From an uncultured Christensenella sp. (GTDB lineage Bacteria; Bacillota; Clostridia; Christensenellales; UBA1242): a stretch of DNA of 64,000 nt. The position numbers and the translations under genes are program-made. The stretch is taken from NCBI GenBank assembly GCA_964455585.1, contig CAYVXW010000001.1, positions 28,248 to 92,247 of the forward strand. Direction: 5' to 3'. Position 1 is the stretch's first letter; each line of letters begins with the position of its first letter. This document shows positions 56,174 to 64,000 of this stretch, piece after piece. The notes under the pieces are model-generated. The model was not told the origin of the DNA. It saw nothing but the letters and a program-made list of their open reading frames with translations, and did no database searches.

Positions 56174-56255
56174 GCCGAAGTGGCGGAACGGTAGACGCAC
56201 ACGACTCAAAATCGTGCGGGAAACCATGAGGGTTCGAGTCCCTCCTTCGGCACCA
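56174..56255 (+). tRNA. tRNA-Leu (anticodon CAA), CCA encoded
   Basis: Acceptor stem GCCGAAG/CTTCGGC. Anticodon stem CACGA/TCGTG with loop CTCAAAA. Long variable arm. T-arm GAGGG-TTCGAGT-CCCTC. Discriminator A followed by CCA. Confidence 0.9.
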
Positions 56256-56263
56256 AATCTTTT

Positions 56264-56292
56264 AGTATCCTTGGTGGGATACTATTTTTTTT
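56264..56292 (+). terminator. Terminator after tRNA-Leu
   Basis: AGTATCC-ttggtg-GGATACT followed by A then T8. Confidence 0.6.
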
Positions 56293-56323
56293 AAATTCCA
56301 CAATCCCTCGCACCTTTGAACAC

Positions 56324-56351
56324 AAAAAAACTACCCCGTGTGGGGGGGTAG
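56324..56351 (-). terminator. Terminator downstream of hisS
   Basis: CTACCCC/GGGGTAG stem with T7 on the minus strand. Confidence 0.6.
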
Positions 56352-56362
56352 AAAGTTGTGGT

Positions 56363-57619
56363 TTATAATTCGCCCTTGTCGCTAAATATTTCAACAAAGT
56401 TAGTAAATCCATACTCGGATAATTTTTCTTTTTGGAACTTGGCATTGCTATTACGAGGAGAAATCATAACGGTTTTGCCTTGACGGCGTAGTTCGTTTGC
56501 TTTTTCGATTGTCTTTTGAACTTTTTCTTTGTCAACATCTTTTGCAATCAAAACAGCAATTTTTTCGCCCTCTTCCACTGGCAACAAGTTGTTTTCCTTG
56601 ATAACCGAAATAATTCTTTCAAAGCCAATTGAGAAGCCACTAGCAGGAACCTCTTTTGAACAGAACTTTCCAATCATCTTATCATATCTTCCGCCACCGG
56701 CAACCGATGCGTGATAATTTTCTAGTTCAATTTCAAAAATTGGACCAGTATAGTACGACATTCCCCTAACAAGCGTTGGGTCAAATACGATTTTGCAATC
56801 CTTGCTTACAATGTTTGATGTGGTTGTTATAATCTCGTTTAGGCTATCCACAACCGACGCATCTAGATATCCATCAAGTTTGTTGCCAATAAACTCCTTG
56901 CAATCTTGATTTCCATCCAAGCCCTCAAACATTTGGCAATACTTTTCAACTCCCGCCTTGTCCAAACCAAACTCAAGAAGGCTTTCCTTTACGCCATCCA
57001 AGCCAATCTTGTCCATTTTGTCTAAGATAATATAAATAGTGTCCAAGTGTTCTTCTGGGAAACCGCAAGAAAGTGCCATTGCCTTAAGGATATTTCTATC
57101 ATTCACCCTAACCTTTAGTTCACGAATGCCTAGTTCGTTTAGCATATTGGTAGTAGCCGAAATTAGTTCAATTTCGGCAAGGTTGGTGCTATCACCAAGG
57201 ATATCTATGTCGCATTGGACAAATTGTCTAAATCTACCCTTTTGAGGTCTATCCGCTCTAAAAACCTCACCAATTTGCAAAGCCTTGAATGGTGCGGGCA
57301 AAGTTTCGCCATTATTGGAATAAAATCTAGCAAGAGGCACAGTTAAATCATATCTAAGACCACTATCACAAAGTTCTTCCAAAGACTCCGACTTTGTTAG
57401 TTTTTCGCCTCTTTTCATAATCTTAAATATTAATTGTTCGTTTTCGCCACCTTGCTTTCCGGTCAAGTTCTCGATATGCTCAATATATGGTGTGCTAATT
57501 AGCATAAAACCAAATTTTTTGTAAGTGTCTTTAATTTTTCTAAGAGCATACTCTCTAATTTTCATATCGTTTGGCAATTGTTCGGGCATACCCTTTACCG
57601 GTGTTTTTATAAAACTCAT
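56363..57619 (-). CDS. hisS: Histidine--tRNA ligase
   Basis: Class IIa motifs are present (FRADRPQKGRFRQFVQCDIDILG, GGGRYD, GFSIGFERI). Confidence 0.9.
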   Translation of the reverse strand: MSFIKTPVKGMPEQLPNDMKIREYALRKIKDTYKKFGFMLISTPYIEHIENLTGKQGGENEQLIFKIMKRGEKLTKSESLEELCDSGLRYDLTVPLARFYSNNGETLPAPFKALQIGEVFRADRPQKGRFRQFVQCDIDILGDSTNLAEIELISATTNMLNELGIRELKVRVNDRNILKAMALSCGFPEEHLDTIYIILDKMDKIGLDGVKESLLEFGLDKAGVEKYCQMFEGLDGNQDCKEFIGNKLDGYLDASVVDSLNEIITTTSNIVSKDCKIVFDPTLVRGMSYYTGPIFEIELENYHASVAGGGRYDKMIGKFCSKEVPASGFSIGFERIISVIKENNLLPVEEGEKIAVLIAKDVDKEKVQKTIEKANELRRQGKTVMISPRNSNAKFQKEKLSEYGFTNFVEIFSDKGEL

Positions 57620-57743
57620 TTTATTCTCCTAATCAATAGATATTTATGGTTTTAAGTTTAACAAAAAGACATATATTTGTCAATAAAATTAGCGTCTATA
57701 CCGCCACCAAACCCATTTAGTTTAAATATTTTTCCGTCCCCTC

Positions 57744-57772
57744 TTGAAATTGGGAGAGAACTATGCTAAAAT
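57744..57772 (+). promoter_or_regulatory. Candidate promoter giving a leaderless mRNA for the HAD-like gene
   Basis: TTGAAA (57744-57749), 17 nt, TAAAAT (57767-57772). The ATG at 57779 is 6 nt after the -10 element and no SD sequence lies between them. Confidence 0.45.
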
Positions 57773-57778
57773 AGCCAT

Positions 57779-58288
57779 ATGGAAAAAGAAAATTTTTATT
57801 TATTTTTAGATATTGACGGAGTCTTGTGGGACTGGGAATGGCGAGTGGGAGAAATTAAAAGTGGCAAAATAAAAAGAGGGAAATTTGTCACAGAATTCAA
57901 TCCCGAGAGTGTAGATGCTCTAAACAAAATAATTAGCCATATCCAAAAAGACTTTGATTGCAATCTTGTAATATCGTCGTCGTGGCGAACTTTTTTTGAA
58001 GAAACCAAACAAGTTCTAAATAAAAACGGCGTTATTTTACCTAAAAACATATCCAAAACTCCAATTATTCCAAGACCAAATAGCCGAGGCGAAGAAATAC
58101 TAAACTATCTAAAACAAAAACCCGATGCCCCAAACGTGCTTATTATTGACGATGAAATAAAAAACATTTCCAAACACTTCCCTATTAGCAACATTATCAA
58201 AACCAACATTTATCACGAGTCTCTAAGGGCTCACCACGCCACAAAGTGGATAAATCAAAGAGAATATGAATTTGGTTATAACAAATAA
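57779..58288 (+). CDS. HAD-like hydrolase (HAD_SAK-type small HAD domain)
   Basis: FLDIDGVL motif I, VISSSWR, and LIIDDE motif IV. ~169 aa. Confidence 0.6.
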   Translation: MEKENFYLFLDIDGVLWDWEWRVGEIKSGKIKRGKFVTEFNPESVDALNKIISHIQKDFDCNLVISSSWRTFFEETKQVLNKNGVILPKNISKTPIIPRPNSRGEEILNYLKQKPDAPNVLIIDDEIKNISKHFPISNIIKTNIYHESLRAHHATKWINQREYEFGYNK

Positions 58289-58289
58289 A

Positions 58290-58332
58290 AAACTCTAAAA
58301 GCAAAAATTTTACTTTTAGAGTTTATTTTTTT
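58290..58332. terminator. Bidirectional terminator between the HAD-like gene and asnS
   Basis: 12-bp stem AAACTCTAAAAG/CTTTTAGAGTTT flanked by A- and T-runs. Confidence 0.6.
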
Positions 58333-59713
58333 AGTATTCGCAGTTCTTTGGAGTTCTTGCAAATAGTGCCACGTCTCTAATATTAGAAACACCTGTAATA
58401 TACATAAGTATTCTTTCAAAACCGATACCAAAACCACTATGCGTAGCGGTACCAAATTTTCTTAGGTTCAAATACCAGTCGTAGTCTTTTTCTTTTAGTC
58501 CAAGTTCGTGCATTCTATTTAGTAACTTGTCATAATCTTCTTCTCTTTGGCTACCACCTGTAATTTCGCCAACCCCTGGAGCAAGCAAGTCGCACGCTCT
58601 AACCGTTTTCCCGTCAGGATTTTGCTTCATATAGAAGGCTTTAATATCCTTTGGATAGTCAGTTACAAACACAGGACGCTTATAAACTGTTTCGGCAAGA
58701 TATCTTTCGTGCTCGGTTTGGATATCGCTACCCCACTCAACTTTGTACTCAAACTTGTCGTTGTTTTTCTTCAAGATTTCAATAGCATCGGTGTATGTTA
58801 CTCTTGCAAATTCAGAATTGATTACGTTACTAAGTCTTTCTACTAGTCCCGTATCAACAAAACTATTAAACATATTCATTTCGTCCGGACAAGTTTCAAA
58901 CACGTGTCTAATTACATACTTAATAACCGCTTCTTCCAAATCCATAATGTCGTCCAAATCCGCAAAGTAAACCTCAGGCTCAATCATCCAAAATTCGCTA
59001 GCGTGTCTAGTCGTATTGGAGTTCTCGGATCTAAATGTTGGACCAAAAGTATAAACTTTTGTAAACGCCGAAGCCATTGCCTCGCCTTCTAGTTGTCCGG
59101 TTGGAGTTAAGTAAACGGCTTTGCCAAAATAGTCGTCTTCTGGCTTAATTGGTTCTTTGCTCTCGTAGAAGTTATGTGTTGTTACTCTAAACAAATCGCT
59201 TCCGCCCTCACAGTCGGACGAGGTCAAAATTGGAGTATGGATATACACAAACCCGTTTTCGTTAAAGAACTTGTGGAAAGCAAACGCCGCCTCACTTCTT
59301 ACCCTATAGATTGCCGAGAACAAATTTGTTCTTGGTCTAAGATAAGCAATTTGTCTTAAAAACTCAACCGTGTGTCTTTTCTTTTGCAAAGGATATGTTT
59401 CGTCGGTTTTTGAAATGACCTCAACGTTTACCGCTTTGATTTCAAATGGTTGTTTGTTTTCAGGTGTTAGGAAAACCGAACCCTCAACCTTTATGGTCGA
59501 GCCCGTTGTAAGTTTTGAAACAGTTTCAAAATCGAAGTTTCCGTTTCTTGTAAACACTACTTGAGCGGTCTTGAAACAAGTTCCGTCAGTCATATCAATA
59601 AATCCAAAATCCTTGCTTGACCTAACTGATCTAACCCAACCATATAGCGTAACGTCTTTGTCTTTGTACGAAGCCAAGTCGGCATAAATCTTTTTTATTT
59701 CGTTTTTCTTCAT
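58331..59713 (-). CDS. asnS: Asparagine--tRNA ligase
   Basis: Class IIb OB N-domain, FRSENSNTTRHASEFWMIEPE and GFGIGFERI motifs, ~460 aa. Confidence 0.9.
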   Translation of the reverse strand: MKKNEIKKIYADLASYKDKDVTLYGWVRSVRSSKDFGFIDMTDGTCFKTAQVVFTRNGNFDFETVSKLTTGSTIKVEGSVFLTPENKQPFEIKAVNVEVISKTDETYPLQKKRHTVEFLRQIAYLRPRTNLFSAIYRVRSEAAFAFHKFFNENGFVYIHTPILTSSDCEGGSDLFRVTTHNFYESKEPIKPEDDYFGKAVYLTPTGQLEGEAMASAFTKVYTFGPTFRSENSNTTRHASEFWMIEPEVYFADLDDIMDLEEAVIKYVIRHVFETCPDEMNMFNSFVDTGLVERLSNVINSEFARVTYTDAIEILKKNNDKFEYKVEWGSDIQTEHERYLAETVYKRPVFVTDYPKDIKAFYMKQNPDGKTVRACDLLAPGVGEITGGSQREEDYDKLLNRMHELGLKEKDYDWYLNLRKFGTATHSGFGIGFERILMYITGVSNIRDVALFARTPKNCEY

Positions 59714-59789
59714 TATAAACCTCTTAATTTTTGTTTTTAGTTTTTTTCCTAGATTTAGGCAATATATCTATGTTTGCATAGTACCATAG

Positions 59790-61508
59790 TTATTCTTCTC
59801 TAAGCCTTATATGAACTTCTTCTAGTTGTTTTTCGGTAACAGTAGATGGAGCACCCATAAGCAAGTCTTGAGCATTTTTGTTAAGTGGGAATGCAATAAC
59901 ATCCCTAATAATTGTGGTTCCACAAATAAACATAAGTAGTCTATCAAATCCAAATGCACAACCTGCGTGTGGAGGTGCACCATAAGAGAATGCGTTGAAT
60001 AGTGCTGGGAATTTGTTTTCAACCACCGATCTATCATAGCCTGCAATTTCAAACGCCTTAACCATTACTTCTGGGTTATGGTTTCTAACCGCACCGCTTA
60101 GTAGTTCTACACCATTTAGTACTAGGTCATATTGATAAGCAAGAATTTCTAGTGGGTCTTTGTTCAAAAGCGCATCTAGTTCGCCTTGAGGCATTGAGAA
60201 TGGGTTGTGCGAGAACTCAATGCTTCCGTCCTCACCCTCTTCATAGAATGGGAAGTCAACAATCCACACAAACTTAAACTCATCGCTAAGTAGACCTAAC
60301 TCCTCGCCAAGTTTGTTTCTAAGAGTGCTAATAAGTTTGGTAGCCTTAGTTTTGGTGTCGGCAATCATAAATAGACTGTCGCCCGCTTTGGCATCCGTTT
60401 TTTCCATAATGTATTTGATTTCGTCATCTTTTAGGAATTTGACCGCACTGCCCGTAAGCCCCTCTTCGGTCACCTTAAACCAACAAACACCCTTACCCTC
60501 GTTGTCTACAATAAACTTTGACATTTCGTCATAGAACTTTCTGGACTTGTCGCAAGGTGCCTTAATACACTTGATAACTTTTCCATTAAACACCGAGAAC
60601 TCGGCTTTGGATAGTTTTTCGCTTAGGTCAATAACCTTAAGTGGGTTTCTAAGGTCGGGCTTATCCGAACAATATTCTTCCATAGCCTTTGCATAGGTCA
60701 TTCTTTCAAACTTAGGGTCAACAACCTTTCCGGTAAACTCCTTGATACAAGCAGTCATAACGTCTTGGATAACCTCAAAAACGTCTTCTTGAGTGGCAAA
60801 ACTCATTTCCATATCCAATTGATAGAACTCACCGGGAGACCTGTCCGCTCTTGCGTCTTCATCCCTAAAACAAGGTGCAATTTGGAAGTAGTTGTCAAAG
60901 CCACAAATCATAAGCAATTGTTTGAATTGTTGTGGTGCTTGAGGAAGAGCATAAAACTTTCCAGGGTTTAGTCTTGATGGCACAAGGAAGTCCCTTGCAC
61001 CCTCTGGGCTACTGCTAGTAAGAATTGGGGTTTGCACTTCCAAAAAGTTGTGGTTATGCATATATGTTCTAATAAAGTTTAATAGTTTTGACCTAAGAAC
61101 AATTCTCTCGTGGTTTTCCGCGTTACGAAGGTCAAGATATCTATACTTTAGCCTCAAATCCTCTCTTGTGTTTTGAGCCTCGCTAATTTCAAATGGCAAA
61201 GCCTTTGTGCACTCACCCAAAACTTCCATACTCTCTACTTTTATTTCAATTTCTCCAGTAGGCATCTTTGGATTTTTGCTTTCTCTTTCCAAAACAGTAC
61301 CCGTAACCGATACAACCGTTTCCTTTACTGGAACATTATCATCACCCATAATAAGTTGGGTAACCCCAAAATGGTCTCTAAGGGTAACAAAAGTAAGTCC
61401 GCCCAATTTTCTAACCGAATTAATCCAACCGGCAATGGTAACTTTTTTGCCGACATCAGATAGCCTTAATTCGCCACAATTATGTGTTCTATATTTATTT
61501 CTTGTCAT
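59790..61508 (-). CDS. aspS: Aspartate--tRNA ligase (bacterial type with insertion domain)
   Basis: RTHNCGELR N-terminus, FRDEDARADRSPEF-like motif 2 (FRDEDARADRSPGEFYQLD), and GCAFGFDRL motif 3. The start is set at the ATG at 61508 (AAGGA 10 nt upstream). The ATG at 61514 and the ORF-track start at 61565 are alternatives. Confidence 0.9.
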   Translation of the reverse strand: MTRNKYRTHNCGELRLSDVGKKVTIAGWINSVRKLGGLTFVTLRDHFGVTQLIMGDDNVPVKETVVSVTGTVLERESKNPKMPTGEIEIKVESMEVLGECTKALPFEISEAQNTREDLRLKYRYLDLRNAENHERIVLRSKLLNFIRTYMHNHNFLEVQTPILTSSSPEGARDFLVPSRLNPGKFYALPQAPQQFKQLLMICGFDNYFQIAPCFRDEDARADRSPGEFYQLDMEMSFATQEDVFEVIQDVMTACIKEFTGKVVDPKFERMTYAKAMEEYCSDKPDLRNPLKVIDLSEKLSKAEFSVFNGKVIKCIKAPCDKSRKFYDEMSKFIVDNEGKGVCWFKVTEEGLTGSAVKFLKDDEIKYIMEKTDAKAGDSLFMIADTKTKATKLISTLRNKLGEELGLLSDEFKFVWIVDFPFYEEGEDGSIEFSHNPFSMPQGELDALLNKDPLEILAYQYDLVLNGVELLSGAVRNHNPEVMVKAFEIAGYDRSVVENKFPALFNAFSYGAPPHAGCAFGFDRLLMFICGTTIIRDVIAFPLNKNAQDLLMGAPSTVTEKQLEEVHIRLREE

Positions 61509-61743
61509 AAGCATAATGTCCTTATATATTATTTTGTATTTAATAATTTTACAAGGTTTTGGCAAAATTGTAAAGTATATGGTGCGTATTTATGCCATTT
61601 TTAACGATTTTTTCCTAAAAATTGTTGAAGTAATAGCCACACAACAAAAGTAAAAATCAAAAAGAAACAATAATATTTTGCTCTAAAAACTTTTTGGGAT
61701 AGTTCCCCTTGCCCAAACAAAAGTGTGTACATATGTGTTGCAA

Positions 61744-61772
61744 CAAAAAAAGCCCCACAGTACCCGTGGAGC
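61744..61772 (-). terminator. Terminator downstream of the HD-domain gene
   Basis: Minus strand reads GCTCCAC-gggtact-GTGGGGC (one G.U pair) followed by T7. Confidence 0.6.
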
Positions 61773-61779
61773 ATAATAT

Positions 61780-62361
61780 TTATTTTTCTTCGTCAAGATA
61801 GGTTGCAAGCATATCGCAAGTATGGAAAAGCACGGCAGTTGGAAACTTGTAATAAGCATCACTAAGTCCATAGGCTCCGCCCTTGACCCTTGCATCAAAT
61901 CCGCCCATATGCCAATTAATAATCATTGCTTCTTCTCTTGTAAGTCGCATAAAACCACTAATTACATACACCGACTTTTCGCCGTGACCATATGGCAAAC
62001 TGTCTTCTACCGTGTAGCAAGGAACTTGAACCCAATTTCCGTCCACCTTTTTGTTTCTAACATCGGCTTTGAAGGTGTTTATTTTGCACACATCGTGAAG
62101 TAGCCCGCATATTGCCATACTCTCTTTTGAGAACCTGTCCGCCCACTCGCTTCCTTTTTCATTTTCCAATGCTTTTACAAATCTTTTGTAAACATTTAGC
62201 GAGTGCTCACAAAGTCCACCCTCATACGCCGAGTGAAATTGTGTACTGGCAGGAGCGGTAAAAAAGTCGCTTTTCTCTAGATACTCAAGCAGTTCTTTTG
62301 AACCCTCTCTCTTTATGTTTTCTTTGTATATTTTAATAAATTCTTCTTTAGAATTAGCCAT
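61780..62361 (-). CDS. HD-domain phosphohydrolase
   Basis: FHSAYEGGLCEHS and CGLLHDVCK (the HD motif). The start is set at MANSKE (62361), which has a GGGGAAA RBS. Confidence 0.7.
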   Translation of the reverse strand: MANSKEEFIKIYKENIKREGSKELLEYLEKSDFFTAPASTQFHSAYEGGLCEHSLNVYKRFVKALENEKGSEWADRFSKESMAICGLLHDVCKINTFKADVRNKKVDGNWVQVPCYTVEDSLPYGHGEKSVYVISGFMRLTREEAMIINWHMGGFDARVKGGAYGLSDAYYKFPTAVLFHTCDMLATYLDEEK

Positions 62362-62372
62362 ATTTTTCCCCT

Positions 62373-63218
62373 TTAAATTTTTCTTTTGGTATGGAAGCAA
62401 ACCCCTATTCCGCCACCTATTAGGCTTCGGTTGTTTGGCGAAAATCTACTTAGCATAATATACGCCTCATCGCCTAGTTCGCGTGCTAACACATTTTTTA
62501 GTTCGTTTGCAAGACTATCGTCGTCCGAATAAACAATTGCAATTGGAAAGTCCACCACATTTGCCCCATATTCTTTTATATACTCCGCTAGTTTTAACAT
62601 GGATTTCTTTTTCCCCGAAACCTTGTCAAATAGCACAAATTCGCCATCGCCATTTACAGTTATCACAGGTCTTACCCTAAGTGCCCCGCCCGTCATTTGG
62701 CTACCCAAAAGCATTCCGTGATGGTTTAGTGTATCAAGGCTATCAAGCGACATAAACACTTGATATTCCCCCTTTATTTCCTCGGCATACTTTTCTAGTT
62801 CTTGGGGAGTTGCTCCCGCCCTATACTTCATAGCAAGTGCATACGACACAAGCCCTTGACCAACCGAAAAGTTGCAAGTATCAATTGCAATTAACTTTCG
62901 TTCTGGAAACTCTTGCTTTAGTGCGTCTATGGCGTCAAATAGATTTTTGGTATCAAAAATCTTTTTGCTTGTATATAAATATACAATGTCGTCGCCCCTA
63001 TAGAACCCTTGTCTAAAAGCGTCCATATAGTCATTTACACTAGGTGAAGTGGGCTCAAGCGTTAGCATATTTGGCGTAAACCCAAGCCCGTCATAAACCT
63101 TATCAAACTTTACAATTTCGCCGTTTAGAATGCAAGGAAAATTAATGCATTCCACTGGCATTTTGGCTAGCACTTCACGAGGTAGGTCGCAATTGCTATC
63201 CACAAAAAACAAACTCAT
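62373..63218 (-). CDS. degV: DegV family fatty-acid-binding protein
   Basis: ~281 aa with the typical FVDSNCDLP start and a DegV-like layout. Confidence 0.8.
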   Translation of the reverse strand: MSLFFVDSNCDLPREVLAKMPVECINFPCILNGEIVKFDKVYDGLGFTPNMLTLEPTSPSVNDYMDAFRQGFYRGDDIVYLYTSKKIFDTKNLFDAIDALKQEFPERKLIAIDTCNFSVGQGLVSYALAMKYRAGATPQELEKYAEEIKGEYQVFMSLDSLDTLNHHGMLLGSQMTGGALRVRPVITVNGDGEFVLFDKVSGKKKSMLKLAEYIKEYGANVVDFPIAIVYSDDDSLANELKNVLARELGDEAYIMLSRFSPNNRSLIGGGIGVCFHTKRKI

Positions 63219-63228
63219 ACTTTCTCCA

Positions 63229-64000
63229 TTATTTCATTATTGGGAATAGAACAACATCCCTTATTGATGGTTGTTCAAATAGCATAACAAGTAGTCTATC
63301 AATACCCATTCCAAGACCACTCATAGGAGGCATTCCGTGCTCCATTGCAAGTAGGAAGTCCTCATCAACATCCATTGCTTCTTCGTCACCATTTGCCTTG
63401 TCTCTTGCTTGTGCTTCCAAAGTTGCTCTTTGGATTTCTGGGTCAACAAGTTCGCTGTACGCCTTACATAGTTCCTCGCCGTTAATTAGGAATTGGAACA
63501 TTTCAATAATCCTTCCATCCTTATCGCTTCTTCTTGCCAAAGGCACTAGACAAGCGGGATAATTAAATAGGATTGTTGGGTTTACAATTTCTGGTCTAAT
63601 CTTTCTTTTGTAAACATAGTCAACGACTGCCCCACAAGATTTTAGTGGCAAAATTTCGTCGGCATCAAATAGTTTTGTGTCAATAACCGCTTGTTTTAGT
63701 TTTTCGATATCGTCGGTGTAGTCAAGCACATTAAAGCCAAGCACATCGCTAATAGTCTTTGCATAATCCACTCTTTCAAAATCTTTTGAAATATCAAAAG
63801 CGGTGCCATTTATTCTAATTTCACTGCCACCAAGCATATATTGTACAATTTCTCTAATAAACTCCGAGAAGAACTTTATGTTGTCCTCAAAGTTCCAATA
63901 ACTTGCGTACCACTCAACTTGGGTAAACTCTTGCAAGTGCGAGGCATCCATTCCCTCGTTTCTAAAGCACTTAGCCACTTCAAATACTCTTGGGAATCCG
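63229..64000 (-). CDS. lysS: Lysine--tRNA ligase, class II (C-terminal part; 5' end outside window)
   Basis: The reading frame stays open to base 64000. Motifs 2 and 3 are present (FRNEGMDASHLQEFTQVEWY, GLGMGIDRLLM). Confidence 0.9.
   Translation of the reverse strand, partial: GFPRVFEVAKCFRNEGMDASHLQEFTQVEWYASYWNFEDNIKFFSEFIREIVQYMLGGSEIRINGTAFDISKDFERVDYAKTISDVLGFNVLDYTDDIEKLKQAVIDTKLFDADEILPLKSCGAVVDYVYKRKIRPEIVNPTILFNYPACLVPLARRSDKDGRIIEMFQFLINGEELCKAYSELVDPEIQRATLEAQARDKANGDEEAMDVDEDFLLAMEHGMPPMSGLGMGIDRLLVMLFEQPSIRDVVLFPIMK

Noticed and set aside
54795-56255. tRNA-associated genomic island or prophage remnant
   Set aside because: There is no integrase and no direct repeat of the tRNA 3' end. 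The unknown genes lie on the 5' side of the tRNA rather than downstream of its 3' end.
56055-56445. ORFs 56055-56294 (+) and 56206-56445 (-)
   Set aside because: Both run across the tRNA-Leu gene and two terminators, so they are spurious.
57620-57778. T-box-like GGTGGCGGTATAG in the hisS leader (minus strand)
   Set aside because: It does not match the T-box core (GGTGGTACCGCG). The leader is too short for stem I plus an antiterminator, and no specifier-loop architecture can be drawn.

Overview
By eye this is an AT-rich, Firmicutes-like chromosomal core region. The taxon call rests on a ctsR-clpC operon with a consensus CtsR box, a long-form hpf, helD, and the ruvX-DUF1292 pair. There are about 60 protein genes, mostly on the minus strand and nearly all housekeeping: parE-parC, murG, ddl, a murF-like ligase, tsaE-tsaB-rimI, yhbY, obg, nth, alaS, dnaB, ruvX, nifS plus an IscU-like gene, trxA, tcdA-like, helD, hpf, ctsR/mcsA-like/clpC, an mtaD-like amidohydrolase, polA, hisS, asnS, aspS, degV and lysS. 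There is one tRNA-Leu(CAA). I found no rRNA, CRISPR array, transposase, integrase, prophage or recognisable defence genes, and no convincing novel multi-gene protein system. The most unusual content is non-coding. Two convergent intergenic regions (about 33.87-34.47 kb and 44.38-45.84 kb) are filled with modular, nested palindromic repeat families. These are a TGTCATTCTGAG...GAAGAATCT hairpin with covarying apical stems, a ~110-nt compound hairpin, and tandem A7-stem-T7 hairpins with conserved flanks and compensatory stem changes. One 89-bp segment is shared between the two loci at 85/89 identity (hand count). The larger locus also holds a GC-rich structured island and an orphan promoter-terminator unit. 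These look like REP/BIME/ERIC-like elements or structured RNAs; which one cannot be decided without genome-wide copy data and transcriptomics. Secondary observations are unusual protein architectures: an IscU-like protein missing two of the three canonical Cys ligands, with a ~420-aa Lys/Thr/Ser-rich tail and a MinD-like amphipathic C-terminus; a MurF-like ligase with a polytopic membrane N-terminus; a short AlaRS lacking C-Ala; extended ParC and DnaB; and an orphan ABC-type ATPase degenerate in every catalytic motif. There is also a two-gene operon of unknown function next to the tRNA. All motif calls, alignments and folds were made by eye; no searches were run.
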